64,000 bases of DNA from Scenedesmus sp. PABB004. Taxonomy: Eukaryota. Both the position numbers and the translations under genes were made by a program. A model generated the notes under the pieces. The model was not told the origin of the DNA. It saw only the letters and a program-made list of their open reading frames with translations, and made no database searches. The stretch lies in the NCBI GenBank assembly GCA_014905635.1, contig JABVCE010000028.1:434001-498000 (forward strand). The letters are read 5' to 3'. This document shows positions 1 to 13,300 of the stretch, one piece after another (positions within the stretch are counted from its first letter, which is position 1; each line of letters begins with the position of its first letter).

Positions 1-180
1 CGATGATTATGCCGCCCCTCACGCTGCCGATCCGCTGGCGCTCGAGCTTCTACAGGTGCCGGAGCTGGCCGGCCGCCCAGCCCTGATCGTGCCCTGGACT
101 GCGCCACTCCCCGACCAGCCCTACCGCAGCCCGCGTCGCCCCTGCGCCACCTCCGACAGTGCGCCGCCCGACCCCCCGAG

Positions 181-1321
181 ATGGCTCGCCTCAGCGCCCT
201 GCTGTGCCTGGCAGTCCTTCTGATCGCGTCTGCCGAAGGTGAGGGAGGCCCTCGCGCGCGCGGGGGGGGGGGCTCCTCGCCGCGCGCCTGGCGGGCGCGG
301 CACGGCCGCGCCTCGGCAGCCTGCTGCCGCGCTGCGCGGCCACAGTCAGTCGCGCCGTGCGACGCAAACGCTTGGAAGCGGGCCGGATCGCGCGCCGACG
401 CAGCGCGCGGGACGCGCGGGCGGGCCGGCGAGGCGCACGGGGCATTGCAAATCTTCGCTGCCGAGCGCCCGGCCAGCCCGCGCCTGCGGACCCCGCGCGC
501 TGCCGGCTCCGGGCGCCGACTACAGCCCCTGACCACACGCGCCTGCTGCCGGCTCGCCGCGCGGCGCCTCCGAGGGGGTCACCCGCGCCGGCCGCTGCTC
601 GGCGCTCCGCTCACCCCGCGCCGCCGCCGCCGCAGGCCGCTGGCTGCGGCAGGTCAACAAGAGTGAGGGCAACGGGCAGACCACCATGGCCTCGAGCGGG
701 ACGGCGGACAACATCAACCGGGCGATCGACACCAAGGCCACGGTGCAGCCGGGCGCGAAGGACCCGCCGACCAAGCTGCGCGTGACGCCCTGGGCGCAGG
801 CCAAGGGCTCGCCCGGCTCGCCCGCCAAGGCCCCCGCGTCCACCCAGGGCACCGCGAGCCAGGTCGGTTCAGCCGCGCCGCCGACAGCGCCGCGCGCGCG
901 CCCACGCGCCGCCGCGTGCCTGCCGCCTCCGCGCGCGGGCGCGCGCAGGGCGCCGCCGAGGCGAGGAACGCCAATACTGGGGCCAAAATTGAGAAGGTCA
1001 TGGCGACCAAACCCTCTCGACCGACTATCAACATCCCCAAGCCCAGCGACGTGCGTGCGCGCGCCCGCTGGCGCCCGCCGGGGTGGCGCCGCCGGCCCGC
1101 GCGCCGGCGCCGCGCCCGCGTCCGAGCGCGCCGCCGAGCACGCCGCCGCCCGCCGCCCGCCGCCCGGCGGGCGCGCGCAGGTGCCCAAGATGATCAACCA
1201 GGCGCCCACGACCAGCCACAGCACCGGCAGCCTGGGCGCGCACACCAGCGACCAGGCGGCCACGGGCGCCGCAATTGCCACCGGCGTCGACGCCGTCGGC
1301 GCCAAGGCCGCCCGCCCCTAG
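181..1321 (+). CDS. Small secreted protein of unknown function (~175 aa, 4 exons: 181-238, 636-862, 949-1050, 1181-1321)
   Basis: Signal peptide MARLSALLCLAVLLIASAEG followed by RWLRQ. GT-AG introns join the exons in frame (528 nt) to TAG at 1319-1321. Exons are less GC-rich than the introns. Confidence 0.7.
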
Positions 1322-1928
1322 GCGATGCCCCCTCCCCCAGCCGGGGCGCACTGCGTCGGTTCCTGTTTGTCGCAGCGCGTGACGTTTTCACTGCACTCAC
1401 CCGTCCAGAGCTGCTCCCGAGCTCCCGCACGCACCGCCGTCCCCCTGTTGCTGGTGATTGCTGGCGCGGCCATCTCCCGCCCGCCGAGACTGCTGCGCGG
1501 CCGATGAGTTGCAGCCCGCTGGCGCGCGGTGCGACGGCCCACACGCACTGCGGCCGCCACCCACCGCGGCGAAGAAGCAACACTGGTTTTTTTTCCCGCA
1601 CAGGCTTTTTTCATTAAGCGGGGCGCCGGCGGCCGTCGCGGCTCTTGTTGCGCGCGACGCCGCCGGCCGGCCGTCGCGACGCGCGCGGTGCGCCGCCGCC
1701 TGGAACCGCGCGCGCCGCCGCCGCCTGCGGGCCCTCTCCTCCCAGAGACTCGCCCAGTCCCTCTGCGCCTGCAGCGGCCGCACACGCAGCGCGCCCGAGC
1801 AGCGCGCTCCGCGGCGCCATGTGAGCTGCCGCTCCGCGGGGCCGGGCTGGGCGGATGCCTCAGCTTGGGTCGCCTCAGGGGCGCTGCGCGGGGCCGCCCA
1901 GTCGCCGCGGGGCAGCAGGGGCGCACTG

Positions 1929-4900
1929 ATGATGGCGCGCCGCCCCGCGCTCAGCCCGCCCCCGCACGCCCGCCCGCCGGCGTTCTCTTCCGGGACACAC
2001 GCCTTGCGCAGGTCTGGCTACGGCGGAGGCTACGGCGGCGGCTACGCCGGCGGCGGCGGCGGCAGCGGCGGCCCGCAGCGCACCGGCCAGGGCATGCCCG
2101 GCGGCGGCGACGGCGGCGCCAAGGCGCCCGGCGGCCGCTCGCGCAACCGGCGCAGTCGCGGCGCGGGCAAGGGCGGCCCCGGCGCGGCGCCGGCGAGCGC
2201 GGCGGCGCCGGGGCACCTCGGCGGCGGCCGCCCCGCGCCGCCGCGCCCCGGCCCCGCGCCCGGCGCGGGCGCGGCGCAGCAGCCGCGCCGCCAGCCGGCG
2301 CCGGGGGGGCAGCACGCGCAGCAGCCGCTGCACCACCCGCGCGAGCCGCACGCGCCCGCGGCGCACCACCACGCGCCGCCGGCGGCGGCGCAGCACCACG
2401 CGCCGCCCCGGGCGCCGCTCAACACCTCGGCGCTCAGCGGCGTGCTGTTCAGCTCCCTGGGCCTGCACCCGCGCACGCTGTCGGGCCTGCACGTGCGCGC
2501 CGCGGCGCCCCGCGCGCGCGGGCCGCTGCGCGCCGCGCCGCCGCTGCTCACGCGCCGCGCCGCGCCGCTTGCAGGACGTGTTTGGCTACGAGGAGATGTT
2601 CCTGGTGCAGGCCGCCGCGTGCCCGCCGGCGCTGCAGGGCTACGACGTGCTCGCCAAGGCCAAGACGGGCACCGGCAAGACGCTGGCCTTCCTCATCCCC
2701 ATCGCGGAGCACCTCGCCGCCGGCGGCCCGCCCACGGTGCGGCGCTCGCCGCGCGGCGCGGGCCGGCGCTCGCCAAGCCGGGGGGCGCCGCCGCGCCGGC
2801 GCGGGCGCGACCGGCACCGCCGCCGCGCCCGCCGCGGCGCCCGCCGCAGCCCGTCGGCGGGCCGATCCGCTCGCTCGTGCTCGCGCCGACGCGCGAGCTG
2901 GCGGCGCAAATCAAGGCCGAGGCCGTCAAGCTGCTGCAGCCCCACGGCGCCAACATGGGCGTTCAGGCGCGCCGCGCCGCGCCGCCGCCGCGCCGCGCGA
3001 CGCGTGCCGCTCCCCTGCCGGCAGGCCGCGCGCCCGCGCGCGCCCGCCGCCGCGCCCTCACCGCCACCGCCGCGTCGCTCGCGGGCGCAGATGGTCATCG
3101 GCGGCACCAACATCAACCGCGAGCGCAGCGGCCTGGCCAGTGCGCGGTGCGACCTGCTCATCGCGACCCCGGGCGGCTGCAGGACCACATTGACAGCACG
3201 CAGGGCTTCGCGGGGCGGCTGTGGGGCGTGCAGGTGCGTGGCGCGGCGGACGGGGCGGGCGGGAGGGCAGCGCGCGGCCGCTGCACCACCGCCGCCGCGC
3301 GGGCGCCGCTGAGCGGCCGTCGGCGCGGCGCCGCCGCCCTTTTGGTCAGATCCTCGTGCTCGATGAGGCCGACCGGCTGCTGGACATGGGGTTCAGGCCC
3401 GCGATCGAGGCCATCCTGCGCCACCTCCCGCCGCCGGGGCAGCGCCAGTCGCTCATGTTCAGCGCGACGCTGCCGCAGGCGCGCGCGCGCGCGCGCGCGG
3501 CGCCGCGCCGCGCCGTCCGCGCCCCGCCGCCGCGCCGCCCTGCGCCGCCGCGACCTGTCCGCGCCGCCGCCGCCGCGCTCCGTGCGCCGCCGTGTGCCGT
3601 GTGTGTGGTTCCAGGGCGTGAACGAGGTCGCGCGGCTGATGATGCGCCCTGACTATGCGAGCGTCAACACCGTCACCGACGACGAGCGTCCCTCGCACGA
3701 GTCCATCACGCAGGCGCGGCATGGGGCGGGGCGCGGACGCGGCGGGAAAGGGGGGAGGCAGCGTGGCGCGCGCTGCGCGGGCGTCGCGGCGGCGCGGCTC
3801 GCTTGACACGCCCCTCCCCCTCGCTTCCACACGCTCGCCACACGCCACCCACGGCACCTCGCCTGCCACGCTCGCGCGCCGCAGGAGTACATGCTGGTGG
3901 AGCCGCAGCTGCTCATGGCGCAGGTGGGTGCCCCGCGGCCGGCGCTGCGCACGCTGGCGCCGGGGGCGAGTCGCCGGGCGCCGCTCGGCCGGCCTTGCTT
4001 CTGCGCGCCCGTGCCCCCCCCCCCCCCTTTCCAATCCACACCCACCCACCCACTCGCACACCCACTCTCACACACGCTCACACACACGCTCACACACGCC
4101 CCCCCCCCCCCCACACACACACTGCCACCTTAAGCTCATGGCGGTCATCAAGGCCCACATGGCCGCCGAGCCGCACTACTTCAAGGTGACCGGCGGCGGG
4201 CGTGCAGATGCGCGCGCGCGGGGGGGGGGGGGGGGGGGGCTTTGCGGGTGGCAAGCGGCTCGCCGAGCGGCTCGCCGCTCCCGCAGCCGCAAACCCGCCC
4301 GCGCGCGCGCGGCGGCGGCGTGTGCCGCGCCGCCGCGCCGCGCCCGGCCGCCGGCTGAGCTGATGGTCCAGCCCTTGGTCAACCCTTGGTCAACCAACCC
4401 CTGGTCAACGCCCGCCCGCCCGCCCGCCCGCAGGTCATCGTCTTCTTCCCGACCGCGCGCGCGGCGCAGTTCCACGCCGCGCTCGCGCGCGCGAGCGGCT
4501 GCGACTGCCTCGACCTGCACAGCCGGCTGAGCCAGAAGCAGCGCGACAACGCGGCCGCCGCGTTTGGGGGGCAGCCCACGGGCGTCATGTTTGCGAGCGA
4601 CGTCATCGCGCGCGGCCTCGACTTCCCCGACGTCTCCCTCGTCGTGCAGGCACGCCCGCGCGCGCGCGCACGCGCGCGCCCCGGCGCGGCGGCCAGCGGC
4701 CGGCGGGCTGACGCGCTGCAGGGGGGAGGGGGGCGTCGCGGAAGGGGCGCGCCGCGCGGGCCCGCCGACGCCGCCCGCACGCCGTGTGCCGCGCCCGCTG
4801 GCGGGGGTGAACCCTGACTGCCGCGCCGCAGGTCGGGCTGACCGATGTGACGCAGTACGAGCACCGCGTCGGCCGCACCGGGCGCGCGGGCAAGGCGGGC

Positions 4901-5420
4901 GAGGCGCTGCTGCTGCTCGCGACGGACGAGGCGCGCCTGCTGCCGCAGCTGTCGGCGATGCCGCTCAAGCAGGCCGGCCACGGCAGCGGCACCGCCGCGG
5001 GCGCCGTGATCGCCGCCGGCGGGGGGCTCTCCGGCCCGCTCGCGTGGGCGGGGCTCGCCGGCGGCATGGCGCGCGTGCAGAGCGACGACGCGCTGCTCAA
5101 GAGCGCGGAGCAGGCCTTTGTCGCGACGCTCGGCTTCCTCGCGGGTGCGCGCGCGCCGCAGGGGCGGGGCGAGAGACGGCGCTGCGGCGCAACGCGGCGC
5201 CCGCGCCGCCCAGCCGGCTGCGCCGTGCGCAACGCGCGCGCGCGCCGCGCCGCAGGCAAGCTGCGCCAGCTCGGCTGGACCAAGGACCAGCTCGTGGTGC
5301 AGACGAAGCTGCGCTTCGCGGGGCTCGGCCTCAGTCGCGCGCCCGCGATCGAGGCGCGCACCTTGGGCAAGATGAACCTCAAGGGCATCCCGGGGATTGA
5401 GGTCGCCCCGCCCGCGCCGC

Positions 5421-5460
<40 letters not shown>

Positions 5461-5479
5461 GCGGGGGCGCGGCCGCTGA
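1929..5479 (+). CDS. DEAD-box ATP-dependent RNA helicase (Mss116/RH31-like group), multi-exon; apparent 1-nt deletion near 3173
   Basis: Motifs across exons: AKTGTGKT (I), LAPTRELA (Ia), ATPG(R)L (Ib), DEAD (II), MFSAT (III), VIVFFPT (IV), ARGLDFP (V), [10 protein letters not shown] (VI). Gly/Arg-rich N- and C-termini. The start codon position is approximate. Confidence 0.93.
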
Positions 5480-5591
5480 GCCGGCGGCGGCCGGTGGCGG
5501 CGGGCGGGCAACGAGAGAGCGCCTGGCGCGGCCGCGCTGCCGCAGCGGCTGAGCGGCGGGCGCCCCAGCGCCCGAGGGAGTATTGGCGCGA

Positions 5592-5596
5592 TGTAA
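5592..5596 (+). promoter_or_regulatory. TGTAA polyadenylation signal of the DEAD-box helicase gene
   Basis: Chlorophyte-type TGTAA about 110 nt after the TGA at 5479. Confidence 0.55.
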
Positions 5597-6593
5597 CGCG
5601 GTCCGGAACTGGTGGCTGTTACTAAAAAGCCGCCAAACAGCTCGTTGGTCAGGGGAGTCCCTGCAGCGCGCGCGCGCGCCGCTGGCAGGCTTGCCGCCGC
5701 CGCACGAGCGGTGGCCACGCAGTGCCGGCAGCGCAGCGCGGCGCCCCGGGACATCGGACGCGCCCGCCCGCCCACCACGAACGCGTGGTGCGCGCGGCGG
5801 GGCGTCCGTGCACTGCGTTCTGGGGTCGTCCAAGGGGATCGCGCAAATGTTTGTCTGCAAGCACTGGTCAAAAGGCAACCAGCAGCAGCCTGCTGCCGCC
5901 ACATCATCAAATGCATGCCGGTCAACCCGCACGCCCCACTGGTGCGTTCATGCCCCCACCGTGCGCGCCACAGGTTGCCGCTGCTGCCAGCCCACGCGTC
6001 GCCCACGCGCTGTCGCTGTCGGCCTGAGGCCAGCACCTGTCTGCCCCGGCACAGTCGTAGGCACGCGATGGTGAAGCGGCATGGCAGACGGCGCAGGCGC
6101 CCGGCGACCAGCCGGTCGGCCCAGCGGGAGAGAAGCAGCAGCCGTCCCGGCGGCACGCACAGCGGCGGAGAGCGCACGCCCGTGTGCGTGCCGTCGCACC
6201 GCCAGTGCAGCGTGCATTTGTTGTTTTTGCAACCAGAGCCAGCACTCCGCCGCCAGGGCGGAGGTTCCTAGGTATGCACAAGTCGTTTGGAGTCGCGACC
6301 AACGTTTTGAGCCACACGGCAAGTTCCTGCCAGCGTGCACCCAGTTCAGGAGCACCGGCGCGGGGCTGCGCCGCCAGCAACGCCGCGGGGCGGGCTGTGG
6401 TGCGCGTGGCGCCGACTTAACAAGTGTGGTTCAGTGCTTCCCTTCGTCGTTCAATCAACGGGCGTTCCGGCGCGAGCCCGGCGCGGCGCGGCTGGCCGCC
6501 GCCGCGGCGGCCCCACCCGGGGCCGGCCGCCAGTGGCGGCGGTCAGCCGCGCCGCGCGGGCGCCGCGGGCGCGCGCGCGCCGCCGTCGGGCGC

Positions 6594-9500
6594 TCACGCC
6601 ATCGACGCGGCCGCGGCCGCCACAGCGGCAAAGTTCTTGGCGTCCTCGGCGGTGCACTTGTGCGAGTTGTGGTAGCCGCAGTTGCTCTTGCACACCGCGA
6701 CCTTGCACTTGCCGCTCACGCAGCGGCAGCCGGGGCAGCACTCGCTGTCGGACGCGCACTGGGTGTCGGGCTTGGTGCAGGGGCTGCTCGAGGGCACGCG
6801 GCAGTAGCCGACCTTGGTCGCGTAGTCCCACTTGCAGAGCAGGCCGTTGCAGCAGGTGGAGCCGCGGTAGCAGTTGCCGCAGACCTCGCCCTCCTTGCCA
6901 CACTGGCGCACGGGCAGGCAGCGGCTGCTCGCGCCGTGGTAGTAGGTGTGCGGCTTGCCGCCCTTGCCGCCGACGGTCTGACAGCTGTAGCCGAAGCAGC
7001 AGGGGTCGGCGCAGCCCGCGCCGACGCAGGGCGTGCACTCCGCCCACGCCGTGGTGCAGGCCTTGCACGTGTCGGCGCTGCACGCCGCGCCATAGTTCCA
7101 GGTGACGGCGCCGCTGCAGCCGTTGGCGAGCGTCTGCAGGCACTTGCCGGCGGTGGTGCAGCACGCGCCGAGGCAGAAGCCGTTCTGGCCGCAGGTGCCG
7201 CCCTGGCTCCACACGCTCGGCGCGGGGCACGCCGCCTGGGTGACGCCGTTGGTGCACTCCCCTGTCGTGGGGTTGCAGCACGCGCCGGCATCGATCGCGG
7301 TCACGGTCGCGCTCGCGGCGGGGACGACCGTGCCGGCGGCGGTCGCGGTCGCGGTGTTGACGATCTTGCCCGCCGCCTTGACCTTGGCCACGAGCGTGAT
7401 CGTGCGGCTCTGGCCGTCGGGGATGCTGGAAAACGTGCAGGTGATGCCGCCGTTGGCCATCTTCTTGCTGCCACCGGCGCGCCTGGTCGCCTTGCACTCT
7501 GCGCGGCGGAGGGGCGGCGGCAGGGCGGGGGTGAGGCGGCGCGCAGGGCGCGGCAGCGCGGCGCGGCGCGGCACCACGCAGCGCGGCGCGGCGCGCAGGG
7601 AAGCAGCCCGCTGCCCCCGGGGGAAAGGGCGGGCGCGCGCACCCTTGGGCGTGACGGACACAAACTCGAGGCCGGCCGGCAGCGCGTCGGACACGACCAC
7701 GTTGCTGGCCGCGCCGCCCTTGGAGGAGGCGGTGATGGTGTAGCGCACGTTGCCGCCGACGCCCGGGTTGGTGGGCGACGCCGTCTTGGTCAGCGACACC
7801 GCGGCGGCCGCCACCTTGAGCTGCGCGGCGCGGCGGGCGGCGCGGCGCGCGCGCGGGGAGGGGCGGTCAGCCGGCGGCGCGCGCGCGGCGGCGGGCGGCG
7901 CGGCGCGCATTGCGCCGCGCGCGCGCGCGCGTGCGGCCGCGCGGCCGCGCCGGGCACTCACGCAGCAGTCGGCGACCGTGAGGCTCTGGCCGGTCGGCGC
8001 GGAGGTCTCCGTCGCGGCGGAGTTGAAGTAGTAGCCGCTGGGGCAGCTGTAGCGGCTGTTGTCCCAGTTGAACGCGCCGCAGGTCGGCACGAAGGTCAGC
8101 GACAGCACCGCGTCGCCGCCGGCGGCGACGACCTTGTTGCCGCTCGGCAGCACGCCGTTGCCGGAGGCGGTCGCAAAGTTGTTGACCGTCTGGGCCGCCG
8201 TCGCGCGGACTTGGAGCGTCGCGGTGCGGCTGTCCCCGGGCTGGAGCGTGCCCCAGTTGCAGATCGCTGCGGGCAGGCCGCCGGCGCTCTTGGTGAGGGA
8301 GCACTGCTGGGTCGGGGTCACGCTCACGCCGACCAGGGGGCTGAGGATCTCATCAACCATCTGGGTGTCCTCGACCACGGTCAGGCCGGTGTTGGTGGTC
8401 TGCGGTGCGCGGCGGCGGCGGCGGCGGCGGCGGCGCGCACGCGTCGGGGGCCGCACCGCGCGGCGAGCCCCGTCCCCGTCCGCCGCGCGTCCGTTGAGCC
8501 CCGCTGCCGTTGAGCCCTGCTGCTGCAGACCCTAAACACTGAGCCCCGCTACACCCCACGCACCACGATGGTGTACTCAAAGATGTCCTGCACGCGGATG
8601 GCGGTGCCGGGGCCGGTCTTGACGACCTCGATGCTCGGCGCGCCCGCGGGCGCGATGTTGAGCACGCAGCAGTTGGAGGTCGTCGTCACGGTGCTCGCGA
8701 TGTTGTTGGTGTTGAGCACAAAGCCCGCGGGGCAGGGGTACTTGTCGCCCTGCGGCGTGTACGCGCCGCAGGTCGGGACGTACACGTAGCTCACGACGGC
8801 GTCGGCGTTGTCGCCGCTGAAGACGTCGTCGTCGGCGGTCACGTACGCCGCGTTGGTGAGCGTGCCCTGGACCTGCGAGGTCACGGTGATGGTGCCGACC
8901 TTCTCGACGCCCGCGGGGACGGTGCCGACGTTGCAGACCACCGTGTCGCGGCCGGCCGCGCTCGTCTTGGCGCAGTTGAGGCCGGCGGGCGTGACCGAGA
9001 CAAAGGTCGTGCCGGCGGGGAGCTCGTCAGAGACGACCACGTTGGTTGCGGCCGCCTGGCCGTTGTTCGTGATGGTGATCGTGTAGGAGAACTGCTCGCC
9101 CAGCTTCACAGGGTCCACGGGCGCTGCGCGGCGGGCGCGGGCGCGGGCGCGGGCGGCGGCGGCGGCGGAGACGCGAGCGGTGGGCGGTGGCGCGGGCGCG
9201 CGCGTGGCGTGGTGCGCAGGGCGCAGCGGCGCGCGGGGCGCAGCAAGGCGCGGCGGCGAGGCGCGGCGGCGCGGCGTTGGGGCCGCACTCACCCTCCTTC
9301 TTGATGGCCATGTCGGGCCGGGGGCGGTCGACGGCGCGGCAGCACTCGGCGTCGCTCGGGGACGAGCTGCCGATGTTGGCGGTGTTGAACTCGGTGCCCG
9401 CGGGGCAGGGCCACTTGTCGCCATTGGGGCTGTATGCGCCGCAGGTCGGCACGTACTGCGGCGCGGCGCGGGCGGCGGCGGGCGGGGCGCGTGGGCGTGG

Positions 9501-10305
9501 CGCGCAAGCGCAGCCGGCGCCAACAGCAGGCACAGCCGCCGGCGCCAACAGCGGGCGCAGCTGGTGCCAGTTGTTGCTGGCAAGCGCAGCTGGTGCCAGC
9601 AAGCGCAGCTGGCGGCAGCACGCGCAGCGCAGCTGGCGCCAGCAGCGCGCACGGCGCACCGTGGAGACGTAGATGTAGTCGTTGTTGTTGGAGGGGTCGT
9701 TGTCGTTGTCGGCGTCGACCGACACCAGGTTGGGGAGCGTGCCCTCCGCACTCGCGGTGGCAGTGATCTTGATGACCACGTTCGTCCCGGCCGGCACGTC
9801 ACCGAGGGCGCAGTTCACGGCCTGGCCGGCGATGGAGCACTTGGCGTTGTCGACCGACTTGGGCTTGAGCGGCGCCTGGGGGGAGGCGAGGGCGCGCGGG
9901 CGGGCCGGCGGGTCAGCACAGGCGAGGCGGCGGGCCGGCGCAGGCGGCGCGCGCGCGCGCGCGCGCCCGCGCGCAGGGCGGCGCGAGCGCAGCGCGCAGC
10001 GCGCGGCGCGCGGCACGCGCGGGGCCGCACCAGCATGTCGTCGACGACCACCACGTTGGTCGCAGCCACCGTGCCGCGGCTGGCGACGGTGATGACGAAC
10101 TCGATGTCATCCCCAACCGGCACGAGCGTCAGCGGGCCGGCCTTGGTGACCGACACGTCGGCGACGGTGATCACGGAGCAGCAGGTCGCGTCGGAGGGGT
10201 TCTTGTTGTTGACCTCCTTGGCGTTGAACTCGGTGCCGGGCGGGCAGGCGTACTTGCCGCCAGACGGCGTGTACGCGCCGCACGTCGCGTCGTACTGGAG
10301 AGACA

Positions 10306-10351
<46 letters not shown>

Positions 10352-13300
10352 GTGTGAGCGGCGGGCGCGGCCGGCGGGGGCCCCGCAGCTGCGCGAAACG
10401 CCGTCGGCGGGCTCGACTGGCGGCCCCGACTGGCAGCGCGGCGGCAGCGTTTGGCTCTCACCGTGACGGTGTTGACGGCGTCCTGGTTGTCGATGTAATT
10501 CTCCTTGGGCTCGTTGGTCGCGTTGACCGCGGCGATGTTGCCGAGCGTGCCCGCGCCGAGCACGAGCGTCTCGATTGTCACCGTCTCGATGTCCCCGACC
10601 GCGAGGCTCGGCCACGCGCAGCTGACCTTCTGGCCGGCGATGCTGCACGCGCTCGACGGCGTCACGCTGACCGGCTCGAGCTTGGCGATGAGCGTGTCGA
10701 CCATCGTCACGCCCGTCGCGGCCTCGCTGCCGGTGGAGGAGACCTTGATGACGTAGTCAAAGCTGCGGCGCGGGGTTTTGAGGCGCGGGGCAGGGTTTTG
10801 AGGCGCGGGCAGGGTTTTGAGGCGCGGGGCAGGGTTTTGAGGCGCCGGCGGCGCGGCGCTGCGGCGCGGCGCTGCGGCGCGGCTGCGCTGCGCGGGCGCA
10901 CGCACACGCTGCCGACGGGCGTCGCGGTGGTGGGGCCGGCCTTGTCGACGCGGACGTTGGCGCCGGGGCCCTTGACGATCACGGCGCAGCAGTTGTCGTC
11001 CGAGGGCGGGCTGGTTGCGAGGTTGGCTGTGTTGAGCTCGTAGCCGCTGGGGCACGTGTACTTGTCGCCCGCGGCGTTGATGAAGCCGCAGCGCGGCAGG
11101 AACACGCTCGCAAAGGTGGCGTCGGCGTTGTTGGTGGTGTCGGAGTCGTTGTCGGCGGTCGCGGCGGCGGTGTTGTCGTAGGTGCCCTGTGCCGGGGGGG
11201 GGGGGGGTTGTAGGGTGAGCGGCGGGCGCGCGGCGGCGCGGGCGGGGCGAATCCGGCGGGACCCGGGCAGGGCGCGGGGCGCGGCGCAGCGGGCGCAGCA
11301 CGCGGGCCGCGCCACGCGCCTGCACGGCGGCGAGGACGGTGATCTTCACGTCCACGCTCGCGCTGGCGGCCATGGTGCCGAGGTTGCACGTCACGAGCTG
11401 GCCGACGATGGTGCAGGTGTTCTGGCGGGGCGCCGCGCGGCGGCGGCGCGCCGCGGCCGCGGCCACGACCTTAAGCCCGGCGACCACGTTGTCCTTGAGC
11501 ACCACGTTGGTGCAGGCGTCGGAGCCAATGTTGGAGACCTGTGTTGTGCGCGTCGGCGGGGCGCGGCGGCGGGCGCGTCGGCGGGCGCGGCGCGGCGCGT
11601 CGGCGGGGCCTGGCGGCGCCGGCCCGCGCGCGCACGCGGCGGTGCAGCTGCGTGTAGCTGCGTGTGCGGGGCGGCGGCGGCGGCGGCGGCGGCGGTGCGG
11701 CGGCGCGGCGCACCTTGACCGTGTAGTCAAAGTTGGTGTTGGTGGCGACGGCGGTGGCGGGCGCGGTCTTGGTGACCTTGACGTTGCACTGCACGTCCTT
11801 GATGCAGCAGGCGGCGAGGCTGGGCGAGGTGACGTCCACCGCGCTGGAGTTGAACAGGTAGCCAGAGGGGCAGGGGTACTTGGTCTGGGCGTTGCCAAAC
11901 GCGCCGCAGGTGCCTTGGAACTGCGGGTGCGGGCGTGCGCGGGCGCGTGGCGGCTCAGCACCTGGCACGTGCGGCGGCGCAGGTGCGCGGCCGCGGGGGC
12001 CGGCGGCGCGTGTGTTGCGCGCCGTGGGCACGCACCACTGCGATGTTGAAGGCGTCCTGGTTGTCGCCGGCGTTGACGTCGTTGGTCGCGGTCACCGAGG
12101 CGGTGTTGGTGTAAGAGCCGGCGGTCACCGCCTCGGTGTTGACGGTGACGGTGATGTTGTCGCCCATCTTGACCAGGCCAAAGTTGCAGGACAGAGTCTG
12201 GCCCGTGATGGAGCACGCTGCGCGGCGGCGCGGGCGCGGCGGCAGGCGGGCGCGTGAGGGCTTGGGTGCGCGGCGCGGCGGGCGCGGCGGCCCGGCGGCG
12301 GGCCCGGCGGTGGGTGCGCGCGCGGCGGGCGCGCGGCGCGGCGGGGCGGCTCACGGAGCGGGTTGCTGGCCGGCACGGTCGTGACGGTGAGGGGCTTGAG
12401 ACCGGCCGGGAAGACGTCGGTCAGCGTCGAGTCGGCGGCGTCCTGGGTGCCGTGGCTGTAGACGGTCAGCACAAAGTCAAACTTGGTGCCGACGCCGAGC
12501 TCGGTGGTGGGGCCGCGCTTCGTGACCTGCGGCCGGGCAGCGCGCGGCGTACATGCATTCAGCCCGGCGCGCCCGCAGGCCCGCGCGCCCCGCGCCGCCG
12601 CCCGCGCCGGCGCCCGCGCCGCGGCGCCGCGCGCACCCCGAGGTCCGCGCCGGGCGTCTCGATGCAGCAGTTGGTCACGTTGGGCGGCGACACGTTGAGC
12701 GAGTCGTCCCTGAAGTTGAGGGTGGGCGGGCACTGGTACTTGGTGCCGTTGGCGTACGCGGCGCCGCAGGTCGCGACAAAGGCAAACACGTTGGTCGAGT
12801 CGGAGGCCGAGACGTTGCCCTTGATGTAGGTCGACGCGTCGTTGGGCAGCGTGCCCGCGGCGGTCGCGGAGGTCGTGATCGTGACGACCTTGCTCGCGTT
12901 GACCGCCATCGTGCCGAAGCTGCAGCTGACCTTCTGGCCCGCGACCGAGCACTCTGCGGGCGGCGGCGGCGCGTGAGCGGGCGGCGGCGCGTGAGCGGGC
13001 AGGCGCTGGCCCTCGCGCGGCGCGGCGCGCGCGCACGCGGCGAGGCCGGGGCTTGGCAGAGGCGGCGCGCGCCGCGCGTGTACCGGGCGAGGGCAGGACG
13101 GAGAGGGGCTTGAGGCTGGCGGGCATGTCGTCCACGACCGTCACCGCCTCGGCGGCGGTGTTGCCGCTGGAGGTGACGGTGAGCGTGAAGTTGAATGGCA
13201 CGCCGACCTCCACGCCGGCGGCGGGGCCGACCTTGTCAATGCTCACGTACGGCCCGGCCAGGGGCACGATCTTGCAGCACGTCGCCTCGTCGAGGGTCGT

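Noticed and set aside
9520..9655. Palindromic GCAGCTGG-rich repeats as a MITE or ncRNA
   Set aside because: These are degenerate intronic tandem repeats without clear termini or a second copy in the window.
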